From an uncultured Dehalococcoidales bacterium (lineage in GTDB: Bacteria; Chloroflexota; Dehalococcoidia; GIF9; UBA5629), in NCBI GenBank assembly GCA_964448985.1, contig CAYVBI010000004.1, positions 1 to 36,033 of the forward strand: a stretch of 36,033 nucleotides of DNA, read 5' to 3'. Numbering within the stretch: the stretch's first letter is position 1; every line of letters starts with the position of its first letter. Made by a program: the position numbers and the translations under genes. The notes under the pieces were generated by a model. The model did not search any database and was not told where the DNA came from. It saw only the letters and a program-made list of their open reading frames with translations. Shown here in pieces: positions 1 through 8,145 of this stretch.

Positions 1-2123
1 CCGTCGGTGTAATGCGGAATGGGGGGTTTCAGCGGCTGTTTCGGCCCGTAGTTGCGGTCCTCGCTGATGGAATCGAGCACGCTGTAGACGATCTCGGTGA
101 CGCCCTTGTGCATGCCCTTGTGTCCCAGCGGCAGCTTGCAGATATGGAGCTCCCATTCGTTATATGATTCGCGCGTCCAGGTGACCGTCCGTCCACCCGC
201 CATCGCTGCGCTCTTTTTGTCGCCCGGTATCACCGCGATGGGCTTGATGGCGGCGTTCTTCCATTGTGTGACGACTGAGCGTAAAAGCTTCTTGGAGGTC
301 GAGCCGCACTCCTCTACGGTTGAGTCTCTCTCAGCCGTGGAGTCGATGGCGCCCGCATAATCAGGCGCGGACAGCTCCTTCTTATCGATCATAGTGGCCA
401 TCTCGGGCAACTCCTGCATCGACGGCGACGGCAGCTCACGTCCCTGGGACAGCTCTTCCTCGTATTTCTGTAGCAATTCGCCGAATTTCTCCATGAGCTG
501 CTCACGTGTGTTCTGCGGCCTCTTGAGCCCTTCGCCGATCATGACCACCGTCGTCTGCGGAGGTATAGCGGCCAGCGGTGGCTGCAGAGGTGGTGGAGGC
601 ATGGGGGGATAAGGCGGGTAATAGACCGGAGGCGGAGGCGGTGGAGGTGGCGGCGGTTGTTGTTGTACCTGCGTAGCCCAGGGATTGACAGGCTGAGGTA
701 TGCGGTCGCGGCGGGTCAGGGCATAGATGCCATAGATAAGTCCGGCGATCACCAGTACGGTGATAGGTATGGTAACTGCCGGCGTCGAGTAGTCGGGGTC
801 CCACTGCACGGAGACGGTCTTGGGCCCCTCTATAAGCGCGGACCCCGAGGTAAGCAGCGCCCTGAACTTGCCGCCGAAGAAGCCGGCGATGCCGGGCATG
901 GCCACCTCTTCCGGGGCTACACTCCATTTGGCGATGCTGCCTGCTTTTTGCCATCCGCCTCCCGTGGTGTTGCCGTATTTTGAGTCCACGGTCAGCCTGT
1001 AATAAAGGTCGTAGGTCGCTATGTACTTGCCGGCTGATTCAACCACGGTGTTGAGCGTGGGCGAGCTGTTTTTTTCACCTGTCGGCGTCAGCCAGTAGGC
1101 AAACCTGTACTGAGATTCGGCGTCCTTGGCCACTTCCTGCGGCGCGCTGATATTGAGCGGTTTGCCTACGCGGTGCCAGCCGGACCCGCTCACCGACGTT
1201 ATGCCGACGGGACTGCTGGTGATATCGATATCGTATTCGGGATAGTAGGTAAACAGCAACTGGCTGACTCCCGCGCTGACGGTGGCTGAGCTGGATTCCG
1301 CCCTATATTGGATATCGGTCCGTCCTGAAGGCGTCACAATATTGTCCACCGCTACCGTCGATGAAGTATCGGGATCGAGCTTGGTCAGCTTGTAAGATTC
1401 GCCTCCCCGCAGCGTAGCCCGGGGCACGTTGTCCACATAGACGCGGGTCTGTCCCTCCTCCAGATCTGAGGATACGCTCACGGTCACGTCGTAGCTGCCC
1501 TTCTCCACGGTCAGGGAGAAGCTCTCCTGTGCCGTGGTGGTTCCCGCCGTGGCCGTGACGGTGAACGAGTAACCGCCTGCCGTGCCGCGCGCAGGCGTGC
1601 CCGATATCTGGCCGTTGTTAAAAGTAAGCCCGGACGGCAGCGAGCCGCTGGTGAGCGCATAGCTGATGGTGCCTGTGCCTCCCGTAGCTACAATGGTGGC
1701 CGAATAGGCCGCCCCCACTGCTGCGGAAGATATGCTGGTGGTGGAGAAGGTCAGGGCGGGTACAGTGATTGTGATGATGAATGGTGTTGTTGTACTACCT
1801 GAGGGATCGTTTACTGTAACTGTGATAGGGTATGATCCTGGTGTTGTCGGATTGCCCGCGATTGTTCTATCTGAGGTAAATAGTCCAGGTGGTATACTGC
1901 CCGAGATTGACCACACCGGGGCCGAGCAGGTCGTGCCGTTGCAGGTGGCCGAGAAGCTGAAGTTGTAGAGTGTGCCCACAACTCCAGAGGGTGGTGAGTT
2001 TGTGATAACAGGCGGCGCCGCATCCGCCCTGCCGTAAAATAAGCCGGCATTAAGGCAGATCAAAATAAGGCACACAGACAGGAACCTGAAGGTTGCGGTA
2101 AGAATATGCCTGTAGCTGTTCAC
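1..2123 (-). CDS. Large single-pass cell-surface protein (signal peptide, 2 putative Ig/He_PIG-like domains, 2 GxGW repeats, TM helix, poly-Pro, cytoplasmic domain); 3' end lies beyond the window
   Basis: Manual translation from GTG at 2123 gives an open frame of 707 codons to the window edge. It begins MNSYRHILTATFRFLSVCLILICLNAGLFYGRADA (signal peptide ending A-D-A), contains GSIPPGL..IAGNPTTPGSYPITVTVND and GSLPSGLTFNNGQISGTP..GGYSFTVTAT, then the TM segment PAVTIPITVLVIAGLIYGIYALTRR and a Pro10 run. Absent from the ORF track because it has no stop in the window. Confidence 0.85.
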   Translation of the reverse strand, partial: MNSYRHILTATFRFLSVCLILICLNAGLFYGRADAAPPVITNSPPSGVVGTLYNFSFSATCNGTTCSAPVWSISGSIPPGLFTSDRTIAGNPTTPGSYPITVTVNDPSGSTTTPFIITITVPALTFSTTSISSAAVGAAYSATIVATGGTGTISYALTSGSLPSGLTFNNGQISGTPARGTAGGYSFTVTATAGTTTAQESFSLTVEKGSYDVTVSVSSDLEEGQTRVYVDNVPRATLRGGESYKLTKLDPDTSSTVAVDNIVTPSGRTDIQYRAESSSATVSAGVSQLLFTYYPEYDIDITSSPVGITSVSGSGWHRVGKPLNISAPQEVAKDAESQYRFAYWLTPTGEKNSSPTLNTVVESAGKYIATYDLYYRLTVDSKYGNTTGGGWQKAGSIAKWSVAPEEVAMPGIAGFFGGKFRALLTSGSALIEGPKTVSVQWDPDYSTPAVTIPITVLVIAGLIYGIYALTRRDRIPQPVNPWATQVQQQPPPPPPPPPPVYYPPYPPMPPPPLQPPLAAIPPQTTVVMIGEGLKRPQNTREQLMEKFGELLQKYEEELSQGRELPSPSMQELPEMATMIDKKELSAPDYAGAIDSTAERDSTVEECGSTSKKLLRSVVTQWKNAAIKPIAVIPGDKKSAAMAGGRTVTWTRESYNEWELHICKLPLGHKGMHKGVTEIVYSVLDSISEDRNYGPKQPLKPPIPHYTD
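627..656 (-). repeat. Low-complexity CCN codon run encoding 10 consecutive prolines
   Basis: Minus strand reads CCG CCG CCA CCT CCA CCG CCT CCG CCT CCG, in frame with the surface protein and within QQQPPPPPPPPPPVYYPPYPPMPPPPLQPP. Confidence 0.9.
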
Positions 2124-2162
2124 TCGATCTTAATCCGTATGGCCGGGAGTTTTTATAACTGT

Positions 2163-2191
2163 ATTATAATGACAATTCATATCGTTGTCGA
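2163..2191 (-). promoter_or_regulatory. Putative sigma70-type promoter of the surface protein gene
   Basis: Minus strand TCGACA (2191-2186), 17 nt, TATAAT (2168-2163), about 40 nt upstream of the GTG start. Confidence 0.6.
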
Positions 2192-2229
2192 CACCATCGC
2201 GTACGCTGACAGGAAAGCCGACTGTACTA

Positions 2230-2264
2230 AAGATTATGAATGAAGATTGTTAAAAGATTATTAA
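2230..2264. repeat. Three imperfect 11-bp direct repeats (AAGATTRTKAA), possible regulator binding site
   Basis: AAGATTATGAA 2230-2240, AAGATTGTTAA 2243-2253 and AAGATTATTAA 2254-2264 in the intergenic region between cobU and the surface gene. Confidence 0.45.
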
Positions 2265-2272
2265 GGGGAGCG

Positions 2273-2812
2273 TTATTTCAGCTTCAACGGCAGGCCTGCC
2301 GTCAAGAGGATGACTTCGTCGGCCGCCCCGGCCAGGCGCTGGTTGGCCTTGCCCAGGGCGTCGCGGTATTGCCGCGCTAAAGCGTTGTCTGGCACAATGC
2401 CGCTGCCGACCTCGTTGGAGACCAATATGAAACTACAGCGTGATCGCTGTATCAGGCCGATGAGATTGTCGACCTCGGCATCGACTGACTTTTCAGCCGC
2501 CGCATAATCAATAGCCTTACCCATGCAGTTGGCGGTCAGCAATGTTATGCAGTCTACTATGACCGTGTCGTACCTTCCGGCTTCATCTGCGAGAGCTGCC
2601 GCCAGGTTGTCTTTAACCTCCAGCGTGTCCCAGCCGGGCGGGCGCGACCGCCTGTGCGCCTGTATACGCTCCCGCATCTCCTCATCAAGCGGCTGGGCCG
2701 TTGCGCAGAAGAGCACCCTGCCGCCCCTGTCCGCGGCCATCTGCTGGGCGTACGAGCTCTTGCCGCTGCGCGCCCCTCCCAGTATCAGTACGATTCTCTT
2801 ATCCGCGGTCAT
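2273..2812 (-). CDS. cobU: Bifunctional adenosylcobinamide kinase / adenosylcobinamide-phosphate guanylyltransferase
   Basis: Motifs LILGGARSGKSSYA, DEEMRERIQAHR, VDCITL, VSNEVGSGIVP, YRDALGKANQ, AGLPLKLK. ATG at 2812 preferred over TTG at 2818. Confidence 0.96.
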   Translation of the reverse strand: MTADKRIVLILGGARSGKSSYAQQMAADRGGRVLFCATAQPLDEEMRERIQAHRRSRPPGWDTLEVKDNLAAALADEAGRYDTVIVDCITLLTANCMGKAIDYAAAEKSVDAEVDNLIGLIQRSRCSFILVSNEVGSGIVPDNALARQYRDALGKANQRLAGAADEVILLTAGLPLKLK

Positions 2813-2818
2813 AACCAA

Positions 2819-3706
2819 TCAAAACGGAAAGGGGATTTTCAACAGGTTGAAGCCGGAGATGTAGGGCAGCAGGCGCACAAAGGCCATGCTTAAGATCAAG
2901 CTGACCACCTCACCTGCCTCGATGAGCGCGCCGCAGCAGTCACCCGTCAGGCCGCCGAAGAGGCGGCTGAAGAGCACGCCCAGACAGTACAGCAGACCGA
3001 AAAGTCCTAACATGATCAGCGGGCCGATGATCAGGCCGTTCATCACAATAGTCACGGCAAGTGCTATGATCGTTGCGCCGATAAAGCCGCTCCAGTCGGC
3101 GCCGCTCTTGAGCGCATTGAAGGAGCCGCTCTCCTTGGCGGCCGGGAAGAGCAACACCAGGCCAGTGATGGCCCATCGGCTGAGGATGGGGAAGGTCAGC
3201 AAGGCATACACGCTTATAACCGCAGAAAGGCATATGTACTTGGTAAGCAGCAGGAGGATGGCGGCTGTGATGCCGAAGGCGCCCACCCGCGTGTCCGTCA
3301 TGATCTCCAGCCTCTGTGCACTGCTCTTGCTTGCTACGAGGGCGTCACAGGTATCCATCAGGCCGTCGATGTGATGTGCTCCCGTGATGACGGCCAGCGC
3401 GGCTATCAGCAGGACGGAGTTCACCGCCGCAGGCAAGGCCGCGCGGAACACGATATAGAGCAGGGCGAGCAGCAGCCCGATGATCAGTCCGACCAGGGGG
3501 AAATACACTGTGGAACGTCCGATCAGCCGTATCTCCTCATCTTTGCCGGGCGCCTCGGGTATGATGAGCACGGTCTTCATATCGGTCGCTGTATGTTCGC
3601 TGCGCTGTTCGGCGGGCGGCGCCGCCAGCCGTGTCTTGCCCGCGCCGCTATCCAATGCCGGCGCCGGCAGTATGGTCAGGAACCGAAGCACGGTCAGGAA
3701 GCTCAG
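2819..3706 (-). CDS. cobS: Adenosylcobinamide-GDP ribazoletransferase (cobalamin synthase)
   Basis: Motifs FLT, YFPLVG, TGAHHIDGLMDTCD, RLEIMTDTRVGAFG, GGLTGDCCGA; multiple TM segments. Start placed at CTG 3706 behind GGAGGTG, overlapping the cobT stop; the ORF-track start at 3784 lies deep inside cobT. Confidence 0.92.
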   Translation of the reverse strand: MSFLTVLRFLTILPAPALDSGAGKTRLAAPPAEQRSEHTATDMKTVLIIPEAPGKDEEIRLIGRSTVYFPLVGLIIGLLLALLYIVFRAALPAAVNSVLLIAALAVITGAHHIDGLMDTCDALVASKSSAQRLEIMTDTRVGAFGITAAILLLLTKYICLSAVISVYALLTFPILSRWAITGLVLLFPAAKESGSFNALKSGADWSGFIGATIIALAVTIVMNGLIIGPLIMLGLFGLLYCLGVLFSRLFGGLTGDCCGALIEAGEVVSLILSMAFVRLLPYISGFNLLKIPFPF

Positions 3707-4782
3707 GATACACCTCCCCCGGGGATATCGGACACGCCGGCCCCCTCGAAGGTGGACATGTCGCGCATCAGGCTGATCGAACACTCCGCTAAAAATATGC
3801 CCAGCGCCGCCCCAGTGCCTTCACCCAGGCGCAGGTCGAGCTCCAGCAGCGGACGCAGCCCCAGGTGTTTCAGGCAGGCGGCGTGTCCCCTCTCCGCCGA
3901 GAGGTGTGCGGCTATCAGGTGATTTTTAATCTGAGGGCAGATGCCAGCCGCTATCAGGGCCGCAGCGCCGGAGATAAAACCGTCGATAACCACCGGTATG
4001 CGGTTGGCCGCCCCCGCTATCATAACGCCGGCCAGCCCCCCTATCTCGAAGCCTCCCACCTTCTCCAGCACTCCGATTGCATCGCCGGGGTCCGGTTTAT
4101 TGACCGCCAGGGCCTGCTCGATGACCTTGACCTTGTGTTCCAACTGCTCATCACCGATGCCGGTGCCGCGTCCCGTCACATCGCGTACCGCTAAGCCCGT
4201 CATGGCCGCCGTGATGGCGCTGGCAGAGGTGGTATTTCCGATACCCATGTCGCCGGTGCCCAGTATGTCAAGGCCCGCAGCCAGCTCGTTTTCAAGGATC
4301 TCCGATCCTGCCAGAAGGCTGTCCATAGCCTGTTCCCGGCTCATGGCCGGGCCGGCGCTCATGTCACCCGTGCCGAAATCGATCATTTTACAGATGATTT
4401 TTTCATATGACGGCAGCCCGCCTTTCACTCCCATGTCCACGATCACCACGCGTGCCCCGACCATGCGGGACAGTACGTTGATAGCGGCGCCCCCCGCTGC
4501 GAAGTTGAGGGCCATCTGGCAGGTAACCTCCTGCGGATAGAGGCTGACGCCGCGGGCGACCACCCCGTGATCGGCTGCCATGGTGATGATTACCTTGTCC
4601 TTGATGCGCGGGATCACCTCTCCGCGTATGCCGGCAATCTGTATGGCCAGGTCCTCCATCGCTCCCAGGCTGCCGCGCGGCTTGGTCAGACTGTTCAACC
4701 TGCGTCTGGCGGCTTCCCGGAACGAAGAGTCGGGGTGCCCTACACGGCTTATAAGATGCTCAAGCTTTTGTGCTTTATCCAT
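3703..4782 (-). CDS. cobT: Nicotinate-nucleotide--dimethylbenzimidazole phosphoribosyltransferase
   Basis: Motifs LTKPRGSLG, AADHGV, GGAAIN, GDMGIGNTT, GRGTG, VGGFEIG, DGFI, LRLGEGTGA. Confidence 0.97.
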   Translation of the reverse strand: MDKAQKLEHLISRVGHPDSSFREAARRRLNSLTKPRGSLGAMEDLAIQIAGIRGEVIPRIKDKVIITMAADHGVVARGVSLYPQEVTCQMALNFAAGGAAINVLSRMVGARVVIVDMGVKGGLPSYEKIICKMIDFGTGDMSAGPAMSREQAMDSLLAGSEILENELAAGLDILGTGDMGIGNTTSASAITAAMTGLAVRDVTGRGTGIGDEQLEHKVKVIEQALAVNKPDPGDAIGVLEKVGGFEIGGLAGVMIAGAANRIPVVIDGFISGAAALIAAGICPQIKNHLIAAHLSAERGHAACLKHLGLRPLLELDLRLGEGTGAALGIFLAECSISLMRDMSTFEGAGVSDIPGGGVS

Positions 4783-4785
4783 GCT

Positions 4786-5310
4786 TTAATACTCGATTCC
4801 CTTGCGCTGATGTACACCTTCCGAAAAGGGGTGCTTGATCATGAGCATCTCGGTCACCAGGTCGGCCTTCTTGATCACCTCCTGCGGCGCCTTGCGTCCT
4901 GTGAGTATAAGCTCCACGTTGGACGGCTTCATTTTTATCAGGTCCACTATCTGCGCCAGGCTGATCATCCCCCGCCAGTGAGCGATGAATATCTCATCCA
5001 GCACCACCATGTCGTACTTTCCCCCGCTCAGGGCGTTCACCGCATAATCGTAGGCCTGCCGCGTCTCAGCCAGCAGTTGCTCTTCTCCCTTCTTGAAAAT
5101 GTCGCCTTTGCCGAACTGGACGATCTCGAAGGGTCTGTACTTATCGGCAAAGAAATGCTCTCCCCCGAGCTGCGTTTTAAGGAACTGGATGAAGATCACC
5201 TTCAGGCCCTGCGCACAGGCCCGCAACGCCTGTCCCAGCGCAGCGGTGGTCTTGCCTTTGCCATCGCCCGTGTAAACCTGTACCAGCCCTTTAAAATCCT
5301 GTTCTGCCAT
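4786..5310 (-). CDS. cobO: Cob(I)yrinic acid a,c-diamide / corrinoid adenosyltransferase (CobA/CobO/BtuR family)
   Basis: Motifs VYTGDGKGKTTAALG, QFLK, VVLDEI, ELILTGR, ADLVTEM, KHPF, RKGIEY; GGAGG RBS upstream. Confidence 0.95.
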   Translation of the reverse strand: MAEQDFKGLVQVYTGDGKGKTTAALGQALRACAQGLKVIFIQFLKTQLGGEHFFADKYRPFEIVQFGKGDIFKKGEEQLLAETRQAYDYAVNALSGGKYDMVVLDEIFIAHWRGMISLAQIVDLIKMKPSNVELILTGRKAPQEVIKKADLVTEMLMIKHPFSEGVHQRKGIEY

Positions 5311-5358
5311 GAGGTCCTCCGCAAGTAATATTGTACAGCATGGGCGTCAGTCCACTTT

Positions 5359-6429
5359 CTATGCCATCGCTGAAATAGCCTGAGCCAGCTTTCTGCAGTC
5401 CTCCATCCGGCGCGGTGATATGCGCACGTAGGCCGGCAGTCCGAAGGACGAGCAGTCACGTACCAGGAATCCCCTTGCGAGCAGACTGCTTTTAAAACCG
5501 GCGGCGTCTCCAACCCTGACCAGGAAAAAGTGCGTGTCGGTGGGGATCGTCCTGTATCCGGTCTTGAATAGCCGGCCTGTCAGGTAAGCCCTGGATTTAT
5601 GCATCCGGTCGTTGCACTGCCGGACATAATCGCCACAGCCCATGGCCGCTATGCCCGCACGCTGGGCCGGTGAGTTTACGTTCCACGGCGGACGCACCTT
5701 TTCCAGACTGCGGATGATGGCCGGGCAGGCCAGACCGTATCCCAGACGCAGGCCGGCCAGGGCGAAGTCCTTGGTCATGGACCGGACGATTAAAACGTTG
5801 GGCTCATCTGCAAGGTCGCGCTCACCGGAGGTTTTCCCGGTAAACGCCATGTACGCCTCGTCCAGTATTATCAGTGTATCGGGGAAGCCTTTCACAAACC
5901 TGCGCAGGTCCTCCCGCGGGAGCAGTTGCCCGGTGGGATTGTTGGGATTGCACAGGAAGACAGCCACGGGATTGTGCGGCTGTGCGAAGGAAGCGAAATC
6001 ATCCAGGCGCAATCGGAAGTCCCGGTCCTCGGGCAGTATATATTTGACGATGGTGGCCCCGGCGATACTGCCGGCCAACTCGTATTCGCCGTAAGTCGGC
6101 GAAACTATGATAACCGTATCGCCCGTTGCCAGATAGGCCAGAGCGGCCAGCCTGATGATCTCGGTCGAGCCGCTGCCGGCTATTACCCTGTCGGCGGCTA
6201 TTTCCAGGTTGCCGGCCAGGGATGCCACCAGTTCGCCTGAACCAGGATCTGGATAGTCTGTGATATTCGTTACACGCAGGGCGCGATATACTTCCCGCGG
6301 CGGACCATAGGGATTGCAGCAGGTGCTGAAGTCCAGCACGCCGGCGGTTTCTTTCAGCCCGGCGTAGCCCGCTCCTCCATGTTCGATGGGAGGCAGGCTG
6401 TTGATATGGGGATTAACGCGCAAGGCCAA
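5359..6429 (-). CDS. cobD: Threonine-phosphate decarboxylase (class I/II PLP enzyme, HisC-like)
   Basis: Motifs HGG..DFSTCCNPYG, LCNPNNPTG, DEAY, RSMTKDFALAGLRLGY, PWNVN; directly downstream of cbiB. Confidence 0.85.
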   Translation of the reverse strand: MALRVNPHINSLPPIEHGGAGYAGLKETAGVLDFSTCCNPYGPPREVYRALRVTNITDYPDPGSGELVASLAGNLEIAADRVIAGSGSTEIIRLAALAYLATGDTVIIVSPTYGEYELAGSIAGATIVKYILPEDRDFRLRLDDFASFAQPHNPVAVFLCNPNNPTGQLLPREDLRRFVKGFPDTLIILDEAYMAFTGKTSGERDLADEPNVLIVRSMTKDFALAGLRLGYGLACPAIIRSLEKVRPPWNVNSPAQRAGIAAMGCGDYVRQCNDRMHKSRAYLTGRLFKTGYRTIPTDTHFFLVRVGDAAGFKSSLLARGFLVRDCSSFGLPAYVRISPRRMEDCRKLAQAISAMA

Positions 6430-7348
6430 CCAGCGCCTCCACTGCAGCGATCATTATTACCCACATACCCGCGGATGTCAGCATCACGGCCTGTGCCTGC
6501 GACACCACGGCGCTCGACAGGGCGTCTCTGCCGCCTGTCAGCGTGTATTCGCCGCTTTTTTCAAGCTCGATGCCCAATGAGCCGGCCATGGAGCACATGG
6601 TCCAGCCTGCATTGGGGCTGGCGGTCCTCCCGTGCTGTTTCAACATGGTACGCCAGCTTCCGTTGACGTCAGCCCGGCAAACGCCGGACGCGATTACGAT
6701 CAGCAGCGCGCTCAAACGGGATGGAATGAAATTGAGAGCGTCATCCAGGCGGGCTGCGAATTTGCCCGTGTATTCCCAGCGGCCGTGGTATCCGATCATG
6801 GCATCGAAGGTATTTACGATACGATATATCATGGCCCCCGGTAGGCCCAGGACGGCGAAATAGAAAAGCGGCGCTATAAAGCTGTCGCAGAGGTTTTCCG
6901 CGCAGGACTCGACGGACGCCGACATAAGTTGTTCTCCCGTTAAGCCGGAGGTGTCCCGGCTGACCAGCGCCGTTGCCTTCAGCCTGGCCTCTGCCGCATC
7001 ATTGCGTTTCAGACACAGCTTGACGTCTTGCACGGCCTGCCACAGTCCTCTCAGGGCGAAGGTGTTCTTGAACAGATAGGCTGAAACAACTATATAGATG
7101 ACCGGATTGAGGCTGAGCAGGAATGCTAAAGCGAAGTAGAGCGGCACGATTACGGCGATACAGGTCGCAACGACTATGACGGCCCCGTAAACTAATTGCC
7201 GCCGCGGCCCCGCAGGCGGCTCGAATTTCAGCTCCAGGGAGATGAGTTTGCCAAGCCAGGCCACGGGATGCCAGCGATTGGGGGCTTCTCCCATTAGCGC
7301 ATCCAGCAGCAGCGCCCCGCACAGTATATACAGGCCCGAAAGCTCCAC
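6413..7348 (-). CDS. cbiB: Adenosylcobinamide-phosphate synthase
   Basis: Motifs HPVAWLGK, LVSRDT, VESCAENLCDSFIAPLFY, YRIVNTFDAMIGY, AARLDDALNFIPSRL, SPNAGW. GTG start overlaps the btuD stop. Confidence 0.95.
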   Translation of the reverse strand: MELSGLYILCGALLLDALMGEAPNRWHPVAWLGKLISLELKFEPPAGPRRQLVYGAVIVVATCIAVIVPLYFALAFLLSLNPVIYIVVSAYLFKNTFALRGLWQAVQDVKLCLKRNDAAEARLKATALVSRDTSGLTGEQLMSASVESCAENLCDSFIAPLFYFAVLGLPGAMIYRIVNTFDAMIGYHGRWEYTGKFAARLDDALNFIPSRLSALLIVIASGVCRADVNGSWRTMLKQHGRTASPNAGWTMCSMAGSLGIELEKSGEYTLTGGRDALSSAVVSQAQAVMLTSAGMWVIMIAAVEALVGLAR

Positions 7349-8145
7349 TATCGGCCCTCCACTTTGTTCGCTGACGTTACCAGCGCCGTGGGCAGTCCGT
7401 TGACCGGGTGAGCATAGACGGCGACGTCGACACCGAAAGCCTCTTTGAGTGTGGATGTGTCAATAACATCATGCGGCCCGCCCTCTTTATACATAGCGGC
7501 GTCCTTGAGCACAATAATCCGGTCGCCGAACTGCGAGGCCAGGTTGACGTCATGGAGGGCTGAGATAATGGTCAGCCCCTTGTCCCGGCAGAGCTTTTTA
7601 AGAAAATCCAGTATGCCTGCCTGATAATTGATATCCAGGTTGGCCGTGGGCTCGTCCAGCAGCAGTATCCCGGCCTCCTGTGCCAGAGAGCGGGCAATCA
7701 GCACCCGCTGCCGCTCACCGCCGGACAGCTGGTTAATGCGCCGGCCGGCCAGCCGGGTGGTCTCAGTGGCCTCCATGGCGTTGGCTACGGCCAGGATATC
7801 GCTGCTGCCCTCGTACCTGAGCAGGCCCAGGTGCGGTGTGCGTCCCATCAGCACGATCTCCATGGCCGTGAAAAGCTCGGGCAGGAAAGCGCTCTGCGGC
7901 ATCAGGGCTATATTGCGGGAGATATATGTGCGGCTATAGCTGCCCATCGGCCGTCCGTCCAGGTTGATCGAACCTTCGAACGGCCTCAGCAGTCCGCACA
8001 TGCCCTTGAGCAGCGTGCTCTTGCCGGAGCCGTTCGGTCCGATCACCGTTAAGAACTCACCGGGCCGCGTCTGCAATGTGATATCGTGAAGGGCCGTCCT
8101 TTCCCCGTATCTGAAGCCTGCTTTTATGAGGGAGATGACCGGCAT
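7348..8145 (-). CDS. btuD: Corrinoid ABC transporter ATP-binding subunit
   Basis: Walker A GPNGSGKST, signature LSGGERQR, Walker B LLLDEPT, H-loop LHDVNLA. True start is ATG 8145 (TGATG overlap with btuC); the ORF-track extension to 8574 overlaps btuC. Confidence 0.9.
   Translation of the reverse strand: MPVISLIKAGFRYGERTALHDITLQTRPGEFLTVIGPNGSGKSTLLKGMCGLLRPFEGSINLDGRPMGSYSRTYISRNIALMPQSAFLPELFTAMEIVLMGRTPHLGLLRYEGSSDILAVANAMEATETTRLAGRRINQLSGGERQRVLIARSLAQEAGILLLDEPTANLDINYQAGILDFLKKLCRDKGLTIISALHDVNLASQFGDRIIVLKDAAMYKEGGPHDVIDTSTLKEAFGVDVAVYAHPVNGLPTALVTSANKVEGR

Noticed and set aside
575-666. GGN-rich repeat as a possible CRISPR or tandem-repeat element
   Set aside because: It is explained by Pro/Gln codons on the minus strand; there is no repeat-spacer structure. 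No CRISPR array or cas gene was seen anywhere in the window.
97-2050. Small ORFs listed in the track over 97-2050
   Set aside because: All are antisense or out-of-frame shadows of the single long minus-strand ORF starting at 2123.
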